Positions 9,304-18,257 of a DNA stretch of 32,000 bases are shown here, in pieces. This DNA is from Promethearchaeum syntrophicum. Lineage in GTDB: Archaea > Asgardarchaeota > Lokiarchaeia > Sigyniarchaeales > Promethearchaeaceae. A model generated the notes under the pieces. It saw only the letters and a list, made by a program, of their open reading frames with translations, ran no database searches and was not told the DNA's origin. Each line of letters begins with the position of its first letter. Position 1 is the stretch's first letter. Location of the stretch: NCBI RefSeq assembly GCF_008000775.2, contig NZ_CP042905.2, positions 1,260,001 through 1,292,000 on the forward strand, written 5' to 3'. Made by a program: the position numbers and the translations under genes.

Positions 9304-12300
9304 ATTTCTGGTTCATCCTCATCAATTAATTCTTTTATTAATTCTTTTAATTCGGAATTAGGTATTTTAATTGCAGCTTTAAAAAAATCATCTTTTTCTT
9401 CTTCTGTTGCAAGTTGAATTTCTTTAGATTTCTCATGTTGAAGTTTAATCTGCTTTTTAGCTTCATCAAAATCTTTTAAAATAATAACATCACATTTTTT
9501 ACATTTGTGGTTAATATCATCACCATCAAAATAGCTCCACTTTTTGCATACATAACATTGTCGTGCGACGTATAGAGTGTCTGTATTACAATTAGGACAA
9601 TAAATTTCACATTCTTCCGATATAAACAATTTTTTACATTTTTTACAATAAAGTTTAATGGGTTGCTGTTTTTCCCATTCTTTATCCGTTTCCTTAACAA
9701 TTAATCTTGCTTCTTGAAGTAAAGTACTTTCGTGCACTTTTTGTTGCGTAAGTCTTGCAAAAATTGATGGTTCTCTAATATAATCTCCAGTTGCTAATAA
9801 TTTTCGAATCTTCATTTCTCTAATGGAAAGACTTATAGCTGAAACAATTATTGCTGCTCCTAAAGCATAAAGAAAAATCAATAATGGAATTGAGAGTGAT
9901 TTATCCACACTAACCAAAATTTCCTCCATATTACCATTTCCCCAAATATCTTTAGCGCTACAAACGATTTTTATTATATCTCCATTTTTATAATTTGTAG
10001 TATCAAGAAAATAAATAATCGTGTCATTTTCTATTGAATATTCTACTTGTATGTCATTTATCCAAAGATCCACGCGAATCCAATCAATTTCTTCATTATC
10101 TGATATTTTAATTGTAATATTGAATTTTCCTTTTACTACATCATTGTTTCTTAAATTTTGAAATTCGATAACTGGCTTAGTATAATCACGTGAATGGTCA
10201 ATATCTACGGTTAAACTTGAAATTATCCAGCCAGAATTTTTTAATTGGATTCCGACATCATCAGAAATAAAGTTAAATTTGAAAATTACATTTTCTCCAC
10301 GATAATCGGAAATATCTATTGAAATGGATTTTGGATATGTTCCCTCAGTTTCTTGTTCAAATTTCTCTAATAGTTCCCACGAATCTCCTAAGTTGGTAGA
10401 AATAAAAATTTGACCGAAATCTCCTTCTTCTTCTCCATCAATATCAAATCTCAGTCGATGTGTAAAATTTAGATAGATATTTCGAGTTTCATTTAGAAAT
10501 ATAACGGGTGTTATCATACTACTATTTAAATTCATACCATAGCCTTGATAATCTCCAATTCCACAATAAAATTCACCTTCTTCAACAATTCCCAAATTTG
10601 ATACTTGGTGCCACATAAAACTTGAATCACTTGATGGGATCCATAATGTGGGGCTTCTAAGAGTTGCTGATGATTCCAATATTAACATTTCATTAATACT
10701 TAAATTTCTGGTTAGGGGAAATTCCAAGGTTGTCCCGCTTGTGAAATTGAAAAGTGGTTGCCAAGGTGTACTATTGTAGAATGTACCGTCAAAGGTGTTA
10801 AACCTAAAACTTCTATTAACAATATCTAAGATTGGAAGAGTATATGTGAAAATTATCTCTTTAGAATAATCTTCATTAGAATCCTTTTTTGGATTCCATC
10901 TTCCGTATTGATTTATCATCGAATAATTTTTATCACCTATTTCTAAGTAAACATTATTTGGCATATTACCATCCTCGTCGGTATAAGCTACTTTGAATGT
11001 AAAAGGTTCCATTTCGGTATTCGATGAAGAATAATATGGTTGAATTTCTTCAGGATCAGAAAGATGGTGGTATTGAGATAAAACTGGTGCAAAATTATTG
11101 GTGTTATCAGCTTCTTCAAAGGATACATAATCGACCATGATCCCCCCATAATAATCCTCTGGTAAATCATCAAAATCTACCTGTATCCGTATTCTAGTAT
11201 AACTTTGAATGTATTCTGAAAGATTATATTCTACTAAGAACCATTCATTTTGTGTATTTGAAAATGTTTCTAACGTTTCCCATTGATTTGAACGATTTGC
11301 ATTAACTTGGATTTGTACATTATCTCCTTCATTAATTCCAATTCTGATACCTAGTTTTATTATTGGATTAATGGCAATACTTTCATTTAGATAGATATAG
11401 GGGCTAATAAGATTATAAGTTCCAGTTATATTATAGTAAGAATAAAATGGCTTTCCATCTGTTTCAAGTAAATGATGTTGATCCCCTGTCTTTCCAGTAA
11501 TACCACAATACATTGAGTACGAATTTTCATCAATTTCTAAAGTTCGTCTATCTTCCAGTGTGTAGGGGACTTCGATCCAATCCCAACCTGAAAAAACCTC
11601 GATTTCATCATTTTGATATGTAAAATTCATCATTTCTGGAGAAAATTCCCATAAATCTCGTTCATTGGAATTTGAAAAGCTTGAGTTAATACCCGTCGAA
11701 CTCCACTCAACTAAATTTTTAATAGAACTAATAATGGTTGAGTTTACTATTGGATCTATATAGTCAAAGTAAAAGTTTCCTGTCTGGACAGTAAAATTCA
11801 AAGAATATATTCCTGATAGTTTGAATTTATATTCACCTGAATATATGCATCCATCCGTAAAGTTACTATCAAAGAAATCAGGAGTTAATGTAATATTTTC
11901 AGATGTAGCATTTGTATGAAGATTGATAAATGACGCTGGCATATTTTCTGGGTGTGAATAGTTTATACTGAAAGTAAAGATATCTAAAGTATCGTTAAAA
12001 TCGAAATTTGAATTTGGCGAAATAGATGCATTTAATAAATTAGGGGGTTGGGTTATTTTTTGCTTAGAAACGTTAAGAGTTATGTTTCCTTGCCCATTTA
12101 TTGCTTTTGCTACTAAATAAAAACTCTGGGTCTCGTTTAGGTTTGTATAATAAAAATTTTCATCAAAATATCCTATTTGAGGATTTGATGCAACAAGAAT
12201 TGGTTCCCCGTTTTCATCTGGTTCACTAGCATAAAGATATAAATCTGTATCAAATGTAGAGAAGAAAGTTTCATTAAAAGTCATATTAAAGAGATACATT

Positions 12301-14255
12301 TCATTTTTTTCAAGCGTAATATTTGTTGCATAAACATGTTCTCCAATAGAATTCTCTGTAGATGCGATTAAAGGGATTTCTATTGAACTATTGATTTCAA
12401 ACGTATTATTTAACAAATCAAAAACAGCTTTTGGATTAATCCTTCCATATCCTTCATGAATGTCAGAGCCTCCTCTATTTAATATTGGGGAATTCAAACT
12501 CTCATCATATGGTGTATTGGGATTATCTTCACGTTGCATGTTAGTTTCTGTGGCAGTTAATAGAAGCAATGATTTTATAAATAAGGCGTCTTTACCCGAA
12601 GATTTATCTAAATTATCCCACCCACCTAATGCTTCTACTACTAAGTTGTATACTCCTGCTACGATAGCAACTGAAACTGAAGTGCCAGTAATGCAAGTTA
12701 GATCATTATCTATTAACTCTGAATCTCCATAAAAAGGATCATAATCATTAGTATCTGCGGTTATAACCATATTATTTTCTGTTAGTAAGCTACCTCCAGG
12801 AGCTAGAAGATCTGGGGCAATTGTTTGGTCATCTTCTAAAAGGTTACCTTGGTTTGAATAATATGTGAGTTGATCTTGGTTGTTTACAGCTCCCATAATT
12901 ATTGCTTTTTTGTTCATGGCTATTTTGTTAATTTCTGTGCTTATTCCCATATTTCCTGCTGCAATAATGACCATTGTGCCATTATTTATTATTTTGTCAA
13001 TCAATGATGAAATATTTTTTGCCAGATTATTGTCCATATTGAAATTTGCAAGACTTAACACTGTAGCTACTACATGAAGCTTGGATCCATTATTTATAAT
13101 CCATTCTAAAGCACTAATCAAATTTGATGAATATCCCAATCCTGTTTCATTCAATATTTTCAAAGATGCTATTTTTGTATTAGGAGCGATACCTGTAAAA
13201 TTAGCAAATGGTCGAGATTCATTTTTTGGTGAAAAGGTTATGTTTAAAAACATATTAAATTCTGGATTTACTCCAAATGGTATATTATAGGTAAAAAATA
13301 CATCGTATTTGCCTGTTTTATTTATAATTTCAGTAGAATTCCAACTTAAATCTAGTATTTGATCATCACTACTATTAATTAATTCTCCATCACGATATAG
13401 TTCAGAATGAAAATTATCAAATCGATATGTCTCATTTATTTTACCTTTTATATCAATCCAGTCTAAAGCATCAGAATCCAAATCAAAAGAAGCAAGCTTA
13501 AATTTATACCATCCTGGTGTTATATGATGTGGATAAAACAATTCTCCATGAGAATAATTACCACCAACCGTTATATAGTATGTAGATCCCGTATGGGTTG
13601 GTTCTAATGAAGTGTCTCCGCCACCCAAAGAAATTGATGTGATTGCTGTACCGTGTCCATTAATATCATCATATTCTTGTGATCCATTGATATAATTCTC
13701 CCATGCAACTATATTACTTTGATTAATCAGTGAATGAGAATCATCAATTCCACTATCTAAGAAAGCTATCGTTGAATTTAGATCTCCTAAATATCCATAT
13801 CCTGAACTATCTATAACCGCTGGATATGTATTGATCTGCTCATGAATTGAATTCATTTGAGCTTCTATAACATTATCTTGGAAAGTCTTAGGGTTATATT
13901 GATCAATAAATGCACCTAAATTCTCCTCTGAATTATTTATAATTCCACTGAATCCATTTAGATATTCCCAAGGACCACTAGTTAAAACTCCTCCTAAAGT
14001 AGAGCTGAAAAAACTAAATAATGTCGCATTATCAATTAAATTTATGGAAGAATTAAAAAGAAATATATATCGATGTGATTGGTTATCATAAGAAGGGATA
14101 TATTGATTGTATGGTGTTTCAATGCTTTGATCTAAATAATTACCATTTTTTGTTAATCCTTGTTGAAAATTGAAATATTCTGGTAAGTAAACAAATTGGA
14201 GAATAAAAATTCCTAAAAAGAAAAGGGCTAAGGATTTCCGTGTATGTTTCATCAT
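9300..14255 (-). CDS. Large secreted, membrane-anchored subtilisin-like (S8) serine protease with C-terminal TM and zinc-ribbon tail, 1651 aa
   Basis: N-terminal signal-like helix (KSLALFFLGIFILQFVYL). Catalytic triad motifs: FLDSGID (Asp codon 13755-13757), GHGTAI (His codon 13653-13655), ITGTSVS (Ser codon 12678-12680), plus AAGNMG (oxyanion Asn). C-terminal TM LLIFLYALGAAIIVSAISLSI, then CKKC...CPNC...CYVCKK...CKKC. Strong SD (AAGGAGG, about 14262-14270) upstream. Confidence 0.9.
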   Translation of the reverse strand: MMKHTRKSLALFFLGIFILQFVYLPEYFNFQQGLTKNGNYLDQSIETPYNQYIPSYDNQSHRYIFLFNSSINLIDNATLFSFFSSTLGGVLTSGPWEYLNGFSGIINNSEENLGAFIDQYNPKTFQDNVIEAQMNSIHEQINTYPAVIDSSGYGYLGDLNSTIAFLDSGIDDSHSLINQSNIVAWENYINGSQEYDDINGHGTAITSISLGGGDTSLEPTHTGSTYYITVGGNYSHGELFYPHHITPGWYKFKLASFDLDSDALDWIDIKGKINETYRFDNFHSELYRDGELINSSDDQILDLSWNSTEIINKTGKYDVFFTYNIPFGVNPEFNMFLNITFSPKNESRPFANFTGIAPNTKIASLKILNETGLGYSSNLISALEWIINNGSKLHVVATVLSLANFNMDNNLAKNISSLIDKIINNGTMVIIAAGNMGISTEINKIAMNKKAIIMGAVNNQDQLTYYSNQGNLLEDDQTIAPDLLAPGGSLLTENNMVITADTNDYDPFYGDSELIDNDLTCITGTSVSVAIVAGVYNLVVEALGGWDNLDKSSGKDALFIKSLLLLTATETNMQREDNPNTPYDESLNSPILNRGGSDIHEGYGRINPKAVFDLLNNTFEINSSIEIPLIASTENSIGEHVYATNITLEKNEMYLFNMTFNETFFSTFDTDLYLYASEPDENGEPILVASNPQIGYFDENFYYTNLNETQSFYLVAKAINGQGNITLNVSKQKITQPPNLLNASISPNSNFDFNDTLDIFTFSINYSHPENMPASFINLHTNATSENITLTPDFFDSNFTDGCIYSGEYKFKLSGIYSLNFTVQTGNFYFDYIDPIVNSTIISSIKNLVEWSSTGINSSFSNSNERDLWEFSPEMMNFTYQNDEIEVFSGWDWIEVPYTLEDRRTLEIDENSYSMYCGITGKTGDQHHLLETDGKPFYSYYNITGTYNLISPYIYLNESIAINPIIKLGIRIGINEGDNVQIQVNANRSNQWETLETFSNTQNEWFLVEYNLSEYIQSYTRIRIQVDFDDLPEDYYGGIMVDYVSFEEADNTNNFAPVLSQYHHLSDPEEIQPYYSSSNTEMEPFTFKVAYTDEDGNMPNNVYLEIGDKNYSMINQYGRWNPKKDSNEDYSKEIIFTYTLPILDIVNRSFRFNTFDGTFYNSTPWQPLFNFTSGTTLEFPLTRNLSINEMLILESSATLRSPTLWIPSSDSSFMWHQVSNLGIVEEGEFYCGIGDYQGYGMNLNSSMITPVIFLNETRNIYLNFTHRLRFDIDGEEEGDFGQIFISTNLGDSWELLEKFEQETEGTYPKSISIDISDYRGENVIFKFNFISDDVGIQLKNSGWIISSLTVDIDHSRDYTKPVIEFQNLRNNDVVKGKFNITIKISDNEEIDWIRVDLWINDIQVEYSIENDTIIYFLDTTNYKNGDIIKIVCSAKDIWGNGNMEEILVSVDKSLSIPLLIFLYALGAAIIVSAISLSIREMKIRKLLATGDYIREPSIFARLTQQKVHESTLLQEARLIVKETDKEWEKQQPIKLYCKKCKKLFISEECEIYCPNCNTDTLYVARQCYVCKKWSYFDGDDINHKCKKCDVIILKDFDEAKKQIKLQHEKSKEIQLATEEEKDDFFKAAIKIPNSELKELIKELIDEDEPEI

Positions 14256-17200
14256 AAATCGACCTCCTTTTTCAATTTCTCAACTTGTTCTTCTAAAAAT
14301 TCATTCAAATTCTTTTTATGCCATGAAATTTCCTTGAGTGTTGTTCCAAACATCAAAGCATCTCGCCGATCAAATTCTGCATCTTCTCTAGAATACTTAG
14401 TTTTGTATTTTTTAGTAACAATTATCAGTGCAATTCCTGCAATCAGCGGGATATATATCCTCGAAGTAAGTACCAAATATTTTTCTCTGATTTTAAAATC
14501 AATAGGGTCATTTCTAATTGTATATTTATATTTGAAAAAATAATCTATCTCAGCAGGTGCCATTTTATAAATTCCTTTAGTATTTAAAGTTTTAAGGGTA
14601 TAATTGAATGAAAATTGATCACCTGGGGCAAGAAAATTTACATCTTTGATTAATGTTCCATTCGCTAGTATAAAACCGCTGGCATCATACGAAATATCAA
14701 AAATAGTGAAATTTCCAAGTTCTATATTTCCATTATTTTCAATGATAATATTTACATTAAATTCGGTTCTAGTATTTGTATCAATAGTTTCAAAGATTTT
14801 TGTAATTGTTAAATTAAAATACCCTAAAACAAGGGGTTCTTTACAAGTTTGAAATATTAATGAGCAATTATCTAAAGTGGATTTGATTGTTAATTGAGGA
14901 ATCATATACCCCATAAAATTAGTTTTCGTAAAATTAATTTCGAAAATATTAGAGGATAATGGCTGTAATTCATCAATCCATATAAATTCGCTATTATTGT
15001 GAGGGGATATTCCTTCAGATGATTGATGTATAGGGATAGATATATCAAATATCGAATTTTTTCCTAAATTTGTTATTTTTGCATTAACTGAGAAATCCTC
15101 TCCCACTTTAGGGGCAGCAATAGCAAAATCCGATATGAATTCAATCAATACATTATGTTTATAAGGTGTATCTTTCTCAGTTTGATAATAAATTGGAGCT
15201 GATAAATAAATTTGGTTACTTTCTGCAATATAATATTTTTGAGAGTAGTTAGAATGCGAATTATCTTTCCATTCAATGGTAGCCATAGGAAGAAGTCTAC
15301 TATTTGGGGCATAAAATTGAAAAGAGATATTTTTCACAACTTCTCCAGGTAATATTTCATAAATTTCATAAAACAATATCCCATTTTTAAGAGTAAAATT
15401 TCCCCCCTTTGCTGTAAATCTGGTTTTATTTTCATAATCTTGGTATGAGCTAACATTTAATAAGTTGTAAAGAATTCCGGGTTGTTCCATTTCAATCGTA
15501 ATATTATTTGCTTTTTGATTCCCTAAATTAGTGACTGATAAATTATAATGGAGTATTTCTCCACAATAACTCTGAGAATGATCAATTACTGCAATTCCTG
15601 ATAAATGAGCTCCGTCATCAATTCCTATCGATATACTATTCGAACTACTTGAATATTGGTTATTTCCGATCTCGGTTGAATATGTAACGCGAGCTGGTGC
15701 CATTATTATACGATCGTTCATAATATCTTGGAAATTTAACTGTATGAAATCAAAATCAATTTCAAAATTATTTTCGTTTTCACTGGTAATCCTAAAAATG
15801 ATAGAGAAGTTATTTGTAAAATCGTAGTAATGAGATAAATTATAATCTATGCTAGAAATTGTTAAATTTAAGGAATCTGGTGTTTGAGGTATAGAGTTTC
15901 CTAAAATAGTTATAAAACCATCATCATCTTCTCCACTAGTATCTATTGTATAATCAAAAATTTCGATATTATATGATGTGTCATTATCCCATTTCGTAAA
16001 ATTCATCTGTAAATTAAAAGAATCTAAAGTGTTATTTTCCAAATCAATATGACTAGAATTTTGAAATGTAAGATATTGTTGAATTTGATGTGAATTTCCC
16101 ATATCTTCTGATTCAATATTCCAAGTTTTGGAATCGTTAATAAAATATGTACCAGAGATATCAGAATTACTTAACACGTTTCCAATTGATACAACGGGTG
16201 AAAAATTCCCAAGATCTGCAACAGTTAGGTTATAGAATTTATTATATCTCTCGGTTACATTATAATCATTATTTAATTGAATAGAGAAATTTTTTCCGGG
16301 ATCTATTTTCCAATTATTGGGGTTATATATGCTTTGAGAAGAATTAAAAATTTGTGGATTATCTGCAATAGTACCATAAGCTTCTGCATTGTTGATTAGT
16401 AATTGAGTAAAATCTGGACTATATGGTATTAAAAACTCTAAGCTTTCCACTGTTAAATCAAATTGTGGATAAAAAAAATCTATTGTTCCTGTATCATTTG
16501 AATCAATATTGAAAAACCGCGGGTTATCATCATGGAATATTTCATCAATATCATATCCTAGAGTAGTTGTAATTTCAACAATTCTTTCAGAATCATATCC
16601 CATTATTTCAAAAATATCCATGTTTAGGTCTAAAAGCGTTATTTCTTGAGTAGGATCATTAGATATGCCCAAAGCTGTTAGATTTATTTCTTGTCCCCAT
16701 ATTGTTTGTTCTCCTCTATTTTCTACTATAATTTCAACATCAGGATTATTATTGTCTTCTAAAATGCGTGAGGCATTGCCGTTATTGATTTTTTTTGTAA
16801 TAAATAGTGATGGCTCATCTTCAATCAATTGATACTCACATGCTAAATTTTTCAGGGGTTTTATATAAGCACTTGGGATATTCATTCCGATTTCTGATGG
16901 ACCTAAAATTGCTAAGAGATTAATAAAATCAGATTCATTTCTTAAATTTTGAGGAATAGTTACTAATGTCGATAACGCCTCATTTGATTCCCAAGCAATC
17001 TTAAAGGAATAATCTTTTATGCTGGAAAGATCAAAGCTTTGGTCGACTAGAAATAACATACTTTCAATTCTATTAGTATAATTTTCATCAATTTCAAAGT
17101 GATTGGGGGTACATTCTAATACTTCCGCAGAAAAAAATCCTAAATTTATTGTACTTAAAGAAATTCCATCAAATGAATTATATATCTTCTCAGAAACATG

Positions 17201-18226
17201 CAATTCTGGTTTTGAATAATTAAGTGCTTTAAATAAATCAAAATTATATTTCTGGTCACCAATTTCTGTAATTCCTTCTTCATTACCTTCATAGTGAACC
17301 GAATAAATCAAAACATTTTCTAAGTCTTCCAAATAGGTTAATTCTTCATTTGAATTTTCAGATTGATTCGAGTTATCAGTTCCTAAAAAATCATTTAAGA
17401 AATTTGATTCAGTACCACTCATAGATTCTGGATTTAATAGATTTAATCCTCCCAAACTTGATAAATCAAAATCTAATGGAATTTTTATATCATTATATTT
17501 ATCCAGATACGTATTCAAATAATTAAAATTCTTCATAAATATCAAAGAACTACTTAGATGATGGTTTGTTGAATAATAATCCGAAGATAGCATATCGGGA
17601 TTAAATGCGCCCCAATATCCGTCAAGTGGTAAATTTGAAATAGTGGTGTCAAAATAAGCTTCCCATTTTGGTGTAAATCCAAAAAATGGATAAAAATAAC
17701 CTAAATTGGGATCTTCTCTCTCATTAGAAAGAATAAAATCCATTTCAAATATATTTTTAAAGATATTAATTGCCCGTTCTTTTCTCATTTGGATTTGATT
17801 ATAATTTGATATATTGTTATAGAATAAGAATCCAGTCATTGCCTGATAAGTTGTATTTATTATAGTTAGATTGTTACTAGTATATATAGATGGATCCATT
17901 TCTGCTTTAATTCCGTTTGAAACTTGGATCATAAATGAACTTCCAAAAAAAGCAGGATCTGAAAGATCTAACTCTTCAAAAATATTCGTATCATTAGTAA
18001 TGTACGATTGCTGAATTAAACTATGATTACCCGCAACTTGAACTAATATTTGTTCTCCATACAATTCATTTCCAGATATATCTGAAGATTTAGGAAGGGG
18101 ATTAGAAAAACCATAGACAGTTTCTTCCAAAATATCCTCAGTTCTTCCTATATTTAAAGGGACGATATTTTGAAATAATATTAATAAAATAAAAACCTTG
18201 AGAAGGATTTTCTTTTTTATTTTCAT
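14252..18226 (-). CDS. Secreted membrane-anchored surface protein with CARDB/DUF11-like Ig-fold repeats, 1324 aa
   Basis: N-terminal signal (KKKILLKVFILLILFQNIVPL). Recurrent VxNxG motifs (VENRGEQTIWG, VTNLGNQKANN, ITNLGKNSIFD, IENNGNIELGN). C-terminal TM (IYIPLIAGIALIIVTKK) followed by a charged cytosolic tail. 4-nt overlap with the subtilase gene. Confidence 0.8.
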   Translation of the reverse strand: MKIKKKILLKVFILLILFQNIVPLNIGRTEDILEETVYGFSNPLPKSSDISGNELYGEQILVQVAGNHSLIQQSYITNDTNIFEELDLSDPAFFGSSFMIQVSNGIKAEMDPSIYTSNNLTIINTTYQAMTGFLFYNNISNYNQIQMRKERAINIFKNIFEMDFILSNEREDPNLGYFYPFFGFTPKWEAYFDTTISNLPLDGYWGAFNPDMLSSDYYSTNHHLSSSLIFMKNFNYLNTYLDKYNDIKIPLDFDLSSLGGLNLLNPESMSGTESNFLNDFLGTDNSNQSENSNEELTYLEDLENVLIYSVHYEGNEEGITEIGDQKYNFDLFKALNYSKPELHVSEKIYNSFDGISLSTINLGFFSAEVLECTPNHFEIDENYTNRIESMLFLVDQSFDLSSIKDYSFKIAWESNEALSTLVTIPQNLRNESDFINLLAILGPSEIGMNIPSAYIKPLKNLACEYQLIEDEPSLFITKKINNGNASRILEDNNNPDVEIIVENRGEQTIWGQEINLTALGISNDPTQEITLLDLNMDIFEIMGYDSERIVEITTTLGYDIDEIFHDDNPRFFNIDSNDTGTIDFFYPQFDLTVESLEFLIPYSPDFTQLLINNAEAYGTIADNPQIFNSSQSIYNPNNWKIDPGKNFSIQLNNDYNVTERYNKFYNLTVADLGNFSPVVSIGNVLSNSDISGTYFINDSKTWNIESEDMGNSHQIQQYLTFQNSSHIDLENNTLDSFNLQMNFTKWDNDTSYNIEIFDYTIDTSGEDDDGFITILGNSIPQTPDSLNLTISSIDYNLSHYYDFTNNFSIIFRITSENENNFEIDFDFIQLNFQDIMNDRIIMAPARVTYSTEIGNNQYSSSSNSISIGIDDGAHLSGIAVIDHSQSYCGEILHYNLSVTNLGNQKANNITIEMEQPGILYNLLNVSSYQDYENKTRFTAKGGNFTLKNGILFYEIYEILPGEVVKNISFQFYAPNSRLLPMATIEWKDNSHSNYSQKYYIAESNQIYLSAPIYYQTEKDTPYKHNVLIEFISDFAIAAPKVGEDFSVNAKITNLGKNSIFDISIPIHQSSEGISPHNNSEFIWIDELQPLSSNIFEINFTKTNFMGYMIPQLTIKSTLDNCSLIFQTCKEPLVLGYFNLTITKIFETIDTNTRTEFNVNIIIENNGNIELGNFTIFDISYDASGFILANGTLIKDVNFLAPGDQFSFNYTLKTLNTKGIYKMAPAEIDYFFKYKYTIRNDPIDFKIREKYLVLTSRIYIPLIAGIALIIVTKKYKTKYSREDAEFDRRDALMFGTTLKEISWHKKNLNEFLEEQVEKLKKEVDL

Positions 18227-18257
18227 TGATTTTTAACTTCCAATCTTTTAACTTAGT

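Noticed and set aside
6539-13290. Plus-strand and alternate-frame ORFs within the permease and subtilase genes (e.g. 7928..8413, 12460..12732)
   Set aside because: They are embedded in long supported minus-strand genes. The 161-aa ORF at 7928 is hydrophobic only as a reverse-frame mirror of permease TM segments.
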